Assembly: GCA_035699005.1 (NCBI GenBank)
Contig: DASSBF010000095.1
Coordinates: forward strand, 3,691-67,690
Direction of reading: 5' to 3'
Origin: Dongiaceae bacterium
GTDB lineage: Bacteria; Pseudomonadota; Alphaproteobacteria; Dongiales; Dongiaceae
DNA: 64,000 nucleotides
The notes beneath the pieces are model-generated. The model saw only the letters and a program-made list of their open reading frames with translations. It searched no databases and had not been told where the DNA came from. Below, piece by piece: positions 17,718-26,899 of the stretch (the first letter of the stretch is position 1; each line of letters starts with the position of its first letter). The position numbers and the translations under genes were made by a program.

Positions 17718-18911
17718 CTATCGCGCGAGCGCCGCGCCGAAGGCGATCCCGGTGAAGGTCTGGCTCATGTGCATGGTGCCGAACTGCTCGCCGTAGGTGT
17801 TGAAGCCGACGACGGTATTGGCTGCCAGCAGCCGCGAGATGTCGCCCAGCATCTGACCCTGCTCCATCTCGATGTAGCGCAGGATGCAGTCGAAGCCGAG
17901 TACGGCCTCGACCGGCCCCAGATCGTGGTTGAGGCGGACGAACAGCGATTCGAGGTCGGCGACCAGGTTGCCGCTCTCCGCGATGCTGAGCACGATCCCC
18001 TCGTCGATCGCGCAGAAGAAGTGCAGGCTGTCATCCTCGTTCACCTGCTGGATCGCGCGCGCATAGTGCCGCCCGCCGGCGCGCACCACCAGCGGATGGG
18101 CGGCGAACACGCTGGGCGTCAGCTCGCCGCGATCAAGGCCAAGCAGCCGGGCATACTCCCGTGCGGCCGGCTCGGCATTGATTTCCAGCACCATGCGGTT
18201 GGCGGGGTCGGCCTTGGTCACCACCACCTTCTTTTCCAGCGGCTTGAAATGCTGGGTCTGGAACACGCGGAAATCGAGATCGGTGGAGATCAGCAGCATG
18301 AGCGCGGCGTTCTCGAGCACGCGGCCGTCGAGGAACATGTTCGGCTCGCGCGCCGCGGGGCTGGTGCCGGCCGATCCGCCGACCAGCGGCACGTGGCCGA
18401 GCGCGGCGCCGAAGGCGCTGGCGATCGCCTCCTCGCGCATGGCGAGGCTGTCGTTGATCAGCATGGCGAAGGTGTGAGGCGTTTCCAGGCGCTGCTGCAC
18501 CAGCTCCTGCTCGGCGAGCAGGGCGCGCGCCGCGGCGAAGCCGGCGGCGATCTCGAAATCGCACAGCCGCTCGATCGGCTTCACCGAGGCGGCGAAATGT
18601 TCGGAATCGAAGCTGATCCCGACGATCGAGCCGCGGCGATGGCCGCGCGGGGTGATCTCGCCGGCGGTAGTGCAGCCCACCACCCTGGCATCGGGGCCGT
18701 ACTCGCCGACGGCGGCGGCAACCTCCGCGATGTGGAACTGCGGCGAACAGAACAGCATGACCAGTTCGGACTTCGAGCCGGCGAAGGAATCCAGGATGGC
18801 GGAAACCATCCGCCTCGGATTCCCGCCGATGCCGCCGTCCTCCATGGCCCACCGAATGCAGCGATGCCCGGCAATGTCGGCGCCGGACGCCGACTTGGGC
18901 GCGAGCGACAT
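17718..18911 (-). CDS. FIST-domain sensor protein (NosP-like)
   Basis: VGCTTAGEI, LVGGSAG, EINAEPAA, FFCAID, FDCILR and GFNTYGEQ...H.SQTF motifs. Confidence 0.9.
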   Translation of the reverse strand: MSLAPKSASGADIAGHRCIRWAMEDGGIGGNPRRMVSAILDSFAGSKSELVMLFCSPQFHIAEVAAAVGEYGPDARVVGCTTAGEITPRGHRRGSIVGISFDSEHFAASVKPIERLCDFEIAAGFAAARALLAEQELVQQRLETPHTFAMLINDSLAMREEAIASAFGAALGHVPLVGGSAGTSPAAREPNMFLDGRVLENAALMLLISTDLDFRVFQTQHFKPLEKKVVVTKADPANRMVLEINAEPAAREYARLLGLDRGELTPSVFAAHPLVVRAGGRHYARAIQQVNEDDSLHFFCAIDEGIVLSIAESGNLVADLESLFVRLNHDLGPVEAVLGFDCILRYIEMEQGQMLGDISRLLAANTVVGFNTYGEQFGTMHMSQTFTGIAFGAALAR

Positions 18912-19007
18912 GTCCATCCTCCCGGTTGCGCGGCGATGTGCGAGCGCGCGCGTTTTGAGCCGTCGGCGCTTGGCAGCGAAACGGGGGCATTATCCGCTCT
19001 ATCGGCT

Positions 19008-19023
19008 TCGATCCAAAGTCCAA
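19008..19023. promoter_or_regulatory. C1-island 7-2-7 motif, copy A (FIST / fghA divergent region)
   Basis: Minus strand TTGGACT-TT-GGATCGA. Confidence 0.55.
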
Positions 19024-19265
19024 TTTCGGAACGCACGGACTTCTCGTTAGCATTCGTGCAGTGCAGACGGGCATTATCCACTCGTGCCGCGCGCCCACGC
19101 GTTCGGCAAATGGACGCTCACGCAATGATGGAGCGCGGAGGATGGAAACGCGCGCTGCGGCTGGATCTGAGGAAGACGGACCCCTGGAAATCGCCGATCT
19201 TCAAGCTCCGGGATCCCGGCTTAGCCACAAACCCACCGATCGAAACAGTTCCGCGGTCTCATGAC

Positions 19266-20114
19266 ATGAATGTCAGCGAGACCTCCCGACATCATTGCTT
19301 CGACGGATGGCAGATTTTCGCCACCCACCCTTCGAGGGAATGCGGCGGCTCGATGAAGTTCTCGCTTTATCTGCCCCCCGCGGCCGCCCGGGGCAAGGTG
19401 CCGGTGCTCTACTATCTGGCCGGCCTTACCTGCACGGAGGAGACCTTCGTCATAAAGGGTGGTGCGCAGCGCTTCGCGGCGGAGACCGGCGTGGCGATCG
19501 CCGCGCCCGACACCAGCCCACGCGGCACCGGTACGCCGGGAGCGGACGCCGACTGGGACTTCGGCTTCGGCGCCGGCTTCTACGTCGACGCCACGCAAGA
19601 GCCGTGGGCGAAATACTGGCGGATGTATAGTTATGTCACCTCGGAGCTTCCCCGCCTGCTGGCCGAGAACTATCCGATCGATCCGGAGCGGCAGGGCATC
19701 TTCGGCCATTCGATGGGTGGGCACGGCGCGCTGGTGGCCGCGTTCCGCAATCCGGGGCAGTACAGGTCGGTTTCCGCGTTCGCCCCGATCGCCGCGCCCA
19801 GCCGCTCGCCGTGGGGCAAGAAGGCGTTCACGGGCTATCTGGGCGAGGATCGGCGCCGGTGGGACTCATATGACGCCAGCGAACTGGTGCAGCGCACGAC
19901 GCTCGCGACCACGATCCTCATCGACCAGGGACTTGACGACCCGTACCTGGCCGAGCAGTTGCACCCGCATCTGTTCGAAGAGGCATGCCGGCAGGCAAAC
20001 CAGGCGATCGTTCTGCGGCGGCACCAAGGATACGACCATGGCTACTACTTCATCCAGACCTTCATCGCCGATCACGTCCGGCACCATGCCCGGCAGATCA
20101 GCGCCGCAGGCTGA
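19266..20114 (+). CDS. fghA: S-formylglutathione hydrolase
   Basis: YLAGLTCTEE, PDTSPRG, GAGFYVDAT, GHSMGGHGA nucleophile elbow and GYDHGYYFI. Confidence 0.95.
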   Translation: MNVSETSRHHCFDGWQIFATHPSRECGGSMKFSLYLPPAAARGKVPVLYYLAGLTCTEETFVIKGGAQRFAAETGVAIAAPDTSPRGTGTPGADADWDFGFGAGFYVDATQEPWAKYWRMYSYVTSELPRLLAENYPIDPERQGIFGHSMGGHGALVAAFRNPGQYRSVSAFAPIAAPSRSPWGKKAFTGYLGEDRRRWDSYDASELVQRTTLATTILIDQGLDDPYLAEQLHPHLFEEACRQANQAIVLRRHQGYDHGYYFIQTFIADHVRHHARQISAAG

Positions 20115-20169
20115 TGAAATCCGCCCGACCCGCAGGCCGGGAGCGCATGCGCAACGGGAGAAGTAATAG

Positions 20170-20790
20170 ATGATCAGCCTATACGATTTCGAATTGTCGG
20201 GGAGCTGCTACAAGGTCCGCCTGCTGCTGAACATCCTGAAGGTGTCGTGCGAGCGCATACCGGTCGATTTCGTGGGACAGGAGCACAGGACGGAGCGCTT
20301 CCTGAAGCTCAATCCATTGGGCGAAATCCCGGTTCTGGAAGACGGCAGCGTGAGGCTGCGCGATGCGCAGGCGATCCTGGTCTATATCGCCCGGGAATAT
20401 GACCGCTCCAATACCTGGTTTCCCGATGCACCGGAATCGATGGGCCGGATCATGCAATGGCTGTCGTTCGGCGGGAATGAACTGATGGCGGCGGCCGGGG
20501 CACGCCTGGTAAAGATCCTCAACTATCCGCTTGATCTTCCGGCGCTCCAGGCCCGAGCGATCGCGGCCTTCAGGATTCTCGACGCCCACCTGTCCGACCG
20601 CGAGTTCCTGGAACTCGGGCATCCGACGATCGGCGACATTGCCTGCTTCCCCTACGTGGCGATGGCGGGCGAAGGCGGGATCGAACTCAAGGCCTTTCCC
20701 AACCTTCCGCGCTGGATCGACCGCATCCGGCAGATTCCGGGCTTCATCCCGATGCCGGGCATCCCGGCGATCGGAGCGGTCGCCGCGTAA
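20170..20790 (+). CDS. Glutathione S-transferase family protein
   Basis: SGSCYKVRLLL, LNPLGEIPVL and PTIGDIACFPY motifs. Confidence 0.9.
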   Translation: MISLYDFELSGSCYKVRLLLNILKVSCERIPVDFVGQEHRTERFLKLNPLGEIPVLEDGSVRLRDAQAILVYIAREYDRSNTWFPDAPESMGRIMQWLSFGGNELMAAAGARLVKILNYPLDLPALQARAIAAFRILDAHLSDREFLELGHPTIGDIACFPYVAMAGEGGIELKAFPNLPRWIDRIRQIPGFIPMPGIPAIGAVAA

Positions 20791-20801
20791 GGGAGGCGGA
20801 T

Positions 20802-21779
20802 ATGAGAGCCATGAGAAGCCTGTTGGCCGCCAGCCTGGCCGTCCTGCTGGGGCTGGCGCACGCAGCGGCGGCCGAGCCGCCGCCGATCAAGGTCGGCGCG
20901 CTCAAGTTCGGCACCGTCAACTGGGAGCTGAGGGTCATCGCGGACGGAATCGACAAGAAGCACGGATTCACCCTGACACGCGTTGATTTTGCCGACAAGG
21001 ACGCCACCAGCATCGCGCTGCAATCGGGCGGCGTCGATGCGATCGTGACGGACTGGATCTGGGTCGCGATGCAGCGCCGGCTCGGCCACAATTTCACGTT
21101 CGTGCCGTTCTCGCGCTCGGTTGGTGCCGTGATGGCCGATCCCGCCAAAGGCATCCACTCGGTCGCGGACCTCGCGGGCCGCAGCATCGGCATTGCCGGC
21201 GGTGCGACCGACAAGAGCTGGGTGCTGCTCCAGGCCTATGCGCGCAAGGTTGCAGGCCTCGATCTCATGGACAAGGCGGACGTGCAGTTCGGCGCGCCGC
21301 CGCTGTTGAACGAACTGGCGCAGCGCGGAAAGCTGGATGCGGTGCTGAACTTCTGGAATTTCAACGCCCGGCTCAAGAGCAAGGGCTTCGTCCCCGTGAT
21401 CTCGATCCGCGACATCCTGCCGGACCTGGGGCTCGACGCCGACCCGCCGCTGCTTGGATGGGTATTCAGCGAGCGCTGGGCGGCCGATCATCCCGAGCTT
21501 GCCAAAGGGCTGATCGATGCCTCGTACGAGGCCAAGGGCTTGATGAGGGCGGACGACGCGATCTGGGAGAAACTGCGCCCGATCATGGGCGCGGAGGACG
21601 ACGCCGAATTCCAGGCATTGAAGGAAGGCTATCGCGAGGGCATCCCCGACGGCTACGACCGGAAAGACATTGCCGCAGCGGAGAATGCGTTCGCGGTGAT
21701 GCGGAAGGCCGATCCCGCCTCGGTCGCCAACCTCGACGCCCTGCCGAGCGGAACCTTCTGGTCAGGCTACCTGCAATGA
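20802..21779 (+). CDS. NitT/TauT-family ABC substrate-binding protein, PqqT-like (candidate PQQ-binding)
   Basis: Signal peptide; GTVNWEL, DWIWV, DKSW and GAPPLL motifs of the binding-protein family found beside xoxF/pqq genes; the PqqT assignment is from recall and context. Confidence 0.7.
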   Translation: MRAMRSLLAASLAVLLGLAHAAAAEPPPIKVGALKFGTVNWELRVIADGIDKKHGFTLTRVDFADKDATSIALQSGGVDAIVTDWIWVAMQRRLGHNFTFVPFSRSVGAVMADPAKGIHSVADLAGRSIGIAGGATDKSWVLLQAYARKVAGLDLMDKADVQFGAPPLLNELAQRGKLDAVLNFWNFNARLKSKGFVPVISIRDILPDLGLDADPPLLGWVFSERWAADHPELAKGLIDASYEAKGLMRADDAIWEKLRPIMGAEDDAEFQALKEGYREGIPDGYDRKDIAAAENAFAVMRKADPASVANLDALPSGTFWSGYLQ

Positions 21780-22570
21780 GCCGGCCGGCGCTGAACCGGC
21801 TGGCCGACGCGCTTCCGGTTCGGATGGGCACCGGCTGGAACCGCCTGCTGTCGCTGGTCGCACTGCTGTGCCTGTGGCAGATCGCGGCGATCATGGTCGA
21901 TGATCCGGGCTTGCTGCCCTCGCCGCTCGCGACCCTGCAGGCCGGCTATGCCGAGCTGGTCCGCGGCAATCTCGTCTTTCACGTGGCGGTCACCCTGGCC
22001 CGCGTGGCGGTCGCCTTCGTGCTCGCCATGCTGATCGGCAGCGCGATCGGGTTCGCGCTCGGCCGCTCCCAGGCGCTGGACCAGGCGTTCGGCGGCTGGC
22101 TGGTGATCGGCCTCAACCTACCGGCACTGGTGACGATCGTGCTGTGCTACGTCTGGTTCGGGCTGACCGAGGCCGCCGCGATCCTGGCAGTCACGATCAA
22201 CAAGGTTCCGACCGTCGCCGCGATCGTGCGCGAAAATGCCAGGGCGCTGGACCGGCCGCTGCTGGAAATGACGCGGGCGTTCGACGTCAAGCCGGCGCGG
22301 GTGCTGACCCGCGTGATCCTCCCGCAGCTCGCCCCCGGCTTGATGGCCGCGGCGCGCGCCGGTCTGGCCCTCACCTGGAAGATCGTGCTGGTGGTGGAAT
22401 TGCTTGGCCGGCCGAATGGCGTCGGATTCCAGATCCGCACGTTCTTCAACTACTTCGATATCGCTGGCATCCTCGCCTATTCGCTGGTGTTCATCGGCGT
22501 CGTCATCGCCATCGAAACCTTGCTCCTGCAACCGCTCGATCGCCGGCTCGGCCGGTGGCGGCGTGCATGA
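21776..22570 (+). CDS. NitT/TauT-family ABC permease
   Basis: LLPSP, TLARV and WKIVLVVEL..GVG motifs; ATGA overlap with the binding-protein gene. Confidence 0.9.
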   Translation: MSRPALNRLADALPVRMGTGWNRLLSLVALLCLWQIAAIMVDDPGLLPSPLATLQAGYAELVRGNLVFHVAVTLARVAVAFVLAMLIGSAIGFALGRSQALDQAFGGWLVIGLNLPALVTIVLCYVWFGLTEAAAILAVTINKVPTVAAIVRENARALDRPLLEMTRAFDVKPARVLTRVILPQLAPGLMAAARAGLALTWKIVLVVELLGRPNGVGFQIRTFFNYFDIAGILAYSLVFIGVVIAIETLLLQPLDRRLGRWRRA

Positions 22571-23352
22571 GCGGTGTCGTGCTGAGGGACGTCGTCCGCG
22601 ACTATGCCGACCCGAAGCCGCATCGCGTGCTGTGCGGCATCGACCTCGCCATCGCCGAAGGCGAATTCGTCTCGCTGGTCGGACCGTCGGGCGCCGGCAA
22701 GACGACGCTGCTGCGCATCCTGGCGGGGCTCGACACGGACTATGCCGGCGAAGTCGGCTGGCAGGATGCGCGTCGGCCGCGGCTCGGCATGGTGTTCCAG
22801 GAGCCACGCCTGGTGCCGTGGCTCAGCGTTCTCGACAATCTGCTGCTGGTGGCAGATCCCGATGAAACCGAGCGGGCAAGGGCGCTGCTGGCCGCCGTCG
22901 AGCTCGATGGAGCCGAGGCGGCCTTGCCCGGCCAGCTTTCGGGGGGCATGCAGCGGCGCGCGGCGCTCGCCCGCGCGCTGCTCGTGCGGCCTGATTTCCT
23001 GATGCTGGATGAGCCGCTGATCTCGCTCGACGGGGCGCTGGCGGAGCGGATGCGGCGCCTGCTCAACGCCCACTGGCGCGAGCACCGGACCACGACGCTG
23101 CTGGTCACCCACAACATCGCCGAGGCGGCGGATCTGTCCACCCGCATCCTCATCCTGTCGCCGAGCGAAGGCCGCCTGGTAGCCGATTGCGCTCTGCCTC
23201 CGCCGGACCCGCGAGTGTGCAACGACCGGACCGTGTCGGCCGTGGTGGAGGAGCTGCGGCGCATGACCCATGCCTGGCCACCGGCCGGTTCGCCGGACCG
23301 GCCTGGGCACGAGGAGCCGAAGAGCTCAGGTGCAATCAGCCGGACCGGCTGA
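22567..23352 (+). CDS. NitT/TauT-family ABC ATP-binding protein
   Basis: GPSGAGKTT, VFQEPRL.PW, LSGGMQRR and LVTH motifs. Confidence 0.92.
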   Translation: MSGVVLRDVVRDYADPKPHRVLCGIDLAIAEGEFVSLVGPSGAGKTTLLRILAGLDTDYAGEVGWQDARRPRLGMVFQEPRLVPWLSVLDNLLLVADPDETERARALLAAVELDGAEAALPGQLSGGMQRRAALARALLVRPDFLMLDEPLISLDGALAERMRRLLNAHWREHRTTTLLVTHNIAEAADLSTRILILSPSEGRLVADCALPPPDPRVCNDRTVSAVVEELRRMTHAWPPAGSPDRPGHEEPKSSGAISRTG

Positions 23353-23354
23353 GC

Positions 23355-24170
23355 CTACTGGATGAGGTTGCCCTGCACGTCCAGCAGCGGGACATGGTAC
23401 TCGCGGAGGATGGCCGTGAGTTGGTCCTTGTTTTCGGCGATCAGCTTGTCCACGTCACCCTTCCAGTGCGTCTCGCCGGGCCGCACGCCCATCGCGATGT
23501 AGTAGTCCATGCGGCTCGACTTTGCCTCGTGCAGCAGCGGGGTGACGGTCAGCAGGTCGCCCTGCTCGGCGGCGAAATAGCCGCCCAGCGGACCCCACAG
23601 CAGCGCCACGTCGACCCTGCCCGCCACCAGATCCTGAATCATGCGGCGGCTCGGCGAATCGTAGCGCGTGTCGACCATCAGGTCGTAGGGACGCACATTG
23701 GCCATCAGGCCGTTGCGCATCACCACGCCCGCCGGCGGCGTGCCGGCGATCAGGCCGATCTTCAGAGCCTTGAGGCTCGGGTCGTCGAGGCGGTCGGCGG
23801 TGATGCCGTCGGCCTTGCGCGTCACCATCACGTAGGTCGAGTGATAGTACGGGTTGGTGCTCAGCACCAGCTCGGCGCCGCTCACCATCCCGATCACCAG
23901 ATCGCAGCGCCGGGCACGCAGCGTGCTGCGCAGGAAGCCGGTCGCCTGCGGGAACCAGGTATACCGCACCGGAATGCCGAGCTTGGCGGCGAACAGCTCG
24001 GCGATCTTGTTCTCGAACCCCTCCCCCTTCACGTTGGAGAACGGCATGTTGCCGGGATCGGAGCAGATCCGAAGGGCGGAATGGTCCACCGCCTCCGGCT
24101 GGTCGGCAGCCATCGCGGCAGCCGGAATTGCGGCGACCAGGGCAGCGATGCAAAGGCTCCGGAGTGCCAT
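23355..24170 (-). CDS. xoxJ: XoxJ/MxaJ-family periplasmic protein
   Basis: LRICSDPGNMPFSN..GEGFENKIA, RCDLVIG, PYYHSTY and WGPLGGY motifs; third gene of xoxF-G-J. Confidence 0.88.
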   Translation of the reverse strand: MALRSLCIAALVAAIPAAAMAADQPEAVDHSALRICSDPGNMPFSNVKGEGFENKIAELFAAKLGIPVRYTWFPQATGFLRSTLRARRCDLVIGMVSGAELVLSTNPYYHSTYVMVTRKADGITADRLDDPSLKALKIGLIAGTPPAGVVMRNGLMANVRPYDLMVDTRYDSPSRRMIQDLVAGRVDVALLWGPLGGYFAAEQGDLLTVTPLLHEAKSSRMDYYIAMGVRPGETHWKGDVDKLIAENKDQLTAILREYHVPLLDVQGNLIQ

Positions 24171-24181
24171 CGTTGCGCCGC

Positions 24182-24718
24182 CTAGTTGCCCATGCAGGCT
24201 TCTTCCGCTTCCGCCGCCTCGGGCGGCTTCGGGGCATGCTTGGCCGGCCGCCCGCGGCCGACCACCCCGTCGGACCGCGCCTTCAAATACGTGTAGATAT
24301 CGTCGAGATAGCACATGACATTGGGGTTCAAGCCGAAGGCCGGCATCTTCTTCTGGGTCGCCGTATTCACGTCGGTCTTGCCGTTGACCACGATCTCGGT
24401 GAACTGCTCGTAGCTCAGCCGCTTCAACGAATCGACCAGCGCCGGTGCGAACGAACTGCCGGCGCCATCGGGCCCGTGGCACGTATGACAGACGCTGTTG
24501 TAGCGCCGAAAGCCGCTGAAGGTCGCCCAGTCGACCGTGCCGTCCGGGGCGATCTTGTAGGGCTTCTCCTCGTCCGTCGCGGCCGCGGCATTCCCGGTGG
24601 TGGTGGCCTCCTGGGCCGTGGCGGCGACACCGCCACACGCCACAAGAGCGGAGACCAGAGCGATGAACCAACGCCAATCAGAGTGCATCAAAGCCCCGCT
24701 CGCGTGCGCATGCTTCAT
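24182..24718 (-). CDS. xoxG: Methanol-metabolism c-type cytochrome (XoxG / c553i-like, 4-Cys type)
   Basis: CHTCHG heme motif, MPAFG.NPNVMCYLDDIY.YL and C-terminal EACMG; directly downstream of xoxF. Confidence 0.85.
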   Translation of the reverse strand: MKHAHASGALMHSDWRWFIALVSALVACGGVAATAQEATTTGNAAAATDEEKPYKIAPDGTVDWATFSGFRRYNSVCHTCHGPDGAGSSFAPALVDSLKRLSYEQFTEIVVNGKTDVNTATQKKMPAFGLNPNVMCYLDDIYTYLKARSDGVVGRGRPAKHAPKPPEAAEAEEACMGN

Positions 24719-24733
24719 CTCGGATGGGCCGGC

Positions 24734-24772
24734 AAGAAGATCGGGCGGACGGCAGCCGCCGCCCGCCCGATC
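24734..24772 (-). terminator. Hairpin with short U tract after xoxF (partial terminator or mRNA stabiliser)
   Basis: Minus strand GATCGGGCGGGCGGC-GGCT-GCCGTCCGCCCGATC-TTCTT; 15-bp stem with one G.U pair. Confidence 0.7.
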
Positions 24773-24784
24773 ACCGACGTGCTG

Positions 24785-26587
24785 TCACTCAGGGAGCGTG
24801 AACACCGTCATGGTTCCGCCCAGCGCCGTGTAGTTCGACAGCGCCTTGTATGCACCGACTGCGCCGAGGCCGGCGGTGTCTTCGGTCAAGCCCGCCGCCA
24901 TGCCGATGCCGGCCCAGCCGCCGACGCCCGACAGGACTGCGATGTACTGCTTGCCGTCACGCTCGTAGGTGTTGACGTTGCCGATGATGCCGGAGGGAGT
25001 CTTGAACTTGTAGAGCTCCTTGCCGGTCTCGGCGTCGACCGCCTTCAGGTAGCCTTCCAGCGTGCCGTAGAACACGACATCGCCGGCCGTCGCGAGCGCG
25101 CCGCTCCACACCGAGAACGGCTCCGGCACCGACCACTTGATCTTGCCGGTCGTCGCATCCCAGGCGATGAAGTTGCCGAGATTCTGCTCGCCCTTGGGCG
25201 GATACATGCTCAAGGTCGCGCCGACATAGGGCTGGCCGGCGGTGTAGGCCACCTTGAACGGCTCGTAGTCCATGCAGACGTGGTTGGTCGGCACGTAGAA
25301 CAGGCCGGTCTTCGGCGAGTAGGCCGAAGGCTGCTGGTCCTTGCTGCCGAGCGCGGCCGGGCAGATGCCCTGCGAGTTGACATCCTGGCCGTTGGCTTCG
25401 GTCGAGTACTTCTTCACGCGGTCCGGCAGGCCGGTCTTCAGGTCGATCTTGGTCGCCCAGTTGACCGCCGGATCGTACTTCTCGGCCACCAGCAGTTCGC
25501 CGGTCTCGCGGTCCAGCGTGTAGCCGAAGCCGTTGCGGTCGAAATGCACCAGGAGCTTGCGGTCCTTGCCGTCGATCTTCTGGTCGACGAGCTGCATCTC
25601 GTTGACGCCGTCATAGTCCCACTCGTCGTGCGGCGTCATCTGGTAGACCCACTTCGCCATGCCGGTGTCGAGGTCGCGTGCGAAGATGGTCATCGACCAT
25701 TTGTTGTCGCCGGGCCGCTGCGTCGGGTTCCAGGTGCTGGGATTGCCGCTGCCGTAATAGACCAGGTTGAGATCCGGATCATACGACATCCAGCCCCAGG
25801 TCGTGCCGCCGCCGATCTTCCACTGATCGCCTTCCCAGGTCTTCAGGCTGGAATCCTCGCCGACCGGCTTGCCGAGCGCAGTGGTCTTTTCCGGGTCGAT
25901 CAGCATGTCCTTGTCCGGACCGGTGGAGTTCGCCCGCCACACCTGCTTGCCGGTCTTGATGTCGTAGGCGGTCACGTGGCCCTGGACACCGAACTCGCCG
26001 CCGCTGTTGCCGATCAGGACGAGGTTCTTCGCGACCAGGGGAGCCGAGGTGCCGGTCTCGCCCTTGGTCGGATCGCCGTCGGTCGCGGTCCAGACCACCT
26101 TGCCGGTCTTGGCATCGAGCGCGACCAGCTTGGTATCGGCCTGGTGCAGGAAGATCTTGCCGTCGCCGTAGGCCACGCCGCGGTTGACGGTATCGCAGCA
26201 CATCACCGGGATGACGTTGGGATCCTGCTGCGGCTCGTACTTCCAGGCGATCTCGCCGTTCTTGCTGAGATCGAGCGCGAACACGGTGTTGGGGAACGGC
26301 GCGTGGACGTACATCATGTCGCCGATCACCAGCGGGCCGCCTTCATGGCCGCGCAGCACGCCGGTGGAGAAGGTCCACGCGACCTGCAGATCCTTTACGT
26401 TGTCCTTGTTGATCTGGTCGAGCTCGCTGTACCGGTTGCCGGCGTAGTTGCCCAGCGGCATGACCCACTGGTTCGGATCTTTCTCGAGCTTCAACAGATC
26501 GTCATTCGCCGTGGCTTGCGCGCCCCACAGCGACAGCGCGCCGGCGACGGCCAGCACGTACCCTGAAGCAGGCATCAGTCTTGGCAT
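24785..26587 (-). CDS. xoxF: Lanthanide-dependent PQQ methanol dehydrogenase
   Basis: Vicinal CC (MCCDTVNRG), GGEFG, GNPSTW and HDEWDYDG carrying the extra lanthanide-binding Asp (Ala in MxaF); signal peptide; GGGAGG RBS. Confidence 0.96.
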   Translation of the reverse strand: MPRLMPASGYVLAVAGALSLWGAQATANDDLLKLEKDPNQWVMPLGNYAGNRYSELDQINKDNVKDLQVAWTFSTGVLRGHEGGPLVIGDMMYVHAPFPNTVFALDLSKNGEIAWKYEPQQDPNVIPVMCCDTVNRGVAYGDGKIFLHQADTKLVALDAKTGKVVWTATDGDPTKGETGTSAPLVAKNLVLIGNSGGEFGVQGHVTAYDIKTGKQVWRANSTGPDKDMLIDPEKTTALGKPVGEDSSLKTWEGDQWKIGGGTTWGWMSYDPDLNLVYYGSGNPSTWNPTQRPGDNKWSMTIFARDLDTGMAKWVYQMTPHDEWDYDGVNEMQLVDQKIDGKDRKLLVHFDRNGFGYTLDRETGELLVAEKYDPAVNWATKIDLKTGLPDRVKKYSTEANGQDVNSQGICPAALGSKDQQPSAYSPKTGLFYVPTNHVCMDYEPFKVAYTAGQPYVGATLSMYPPKGEQNLGNFIAWDATTGKIKWSVPEPFSVWSGALATAGDVVFYGTLEGYLKAVDAETGKELYKFKTPSGIIGNVNTYERDGKQYIAVLSGVGGWAGIGMAAGLTEDTAGLGAVGAYKALSNYTALGGTMTVFTLPE

Positions 26588-26787
26588 CTTGTCCTCCCGA
26601 TAAGGATTGGCATCCAGGCTCCGCAATGTTCTGCGACCTGTCGGAGTTGGCCCGGCTCTCGCCGCCGTCCCGTCAGTCCGCTCGCGCGGACGGCAGTCTT
26701 GTCGGTGCTTGCAATTGTCCCACGATCCTCCACAACCGATCGCGAGCGGCGTCATCGAACGTTAGTCGACAAAGGCGCGAAAGAGCA

Positions 26788-26803
26788 TTGTCCTTTGGTA
26801 CAA
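26788..26803. promoter_or_regulatory. C1-island 7-2-7 motif, copy B (upstream of xoxF)
   Basis: TTGTCCT-TT-GGTACAA, imperfect dyad. Confidence 0.6.
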
Positions 26804-26899
26804 CTTCGTTCGATTGGTTCGCGCGACGGAAGCGGCGCTGCACGCGGCGTGCGGACGCGCGCCGCACGTTGCTGCGGTGCGCTCGCGGAAAGAAGCCGC

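Noticed and set aside
17583-19265. Apparent 843-aa ORF suggesting a long N-terminal fusion to fghA
   Set aside because: The extension is the antisense frame of the FIST gene plus intergenic DNA; the hydrolase domain starts at ATG 19266.
24785-26587. Ca-dependent MxaF
   Set aside because: The active-site motif is DYDG, not DYAG, and no mxaI or mxaACKL genes are present.
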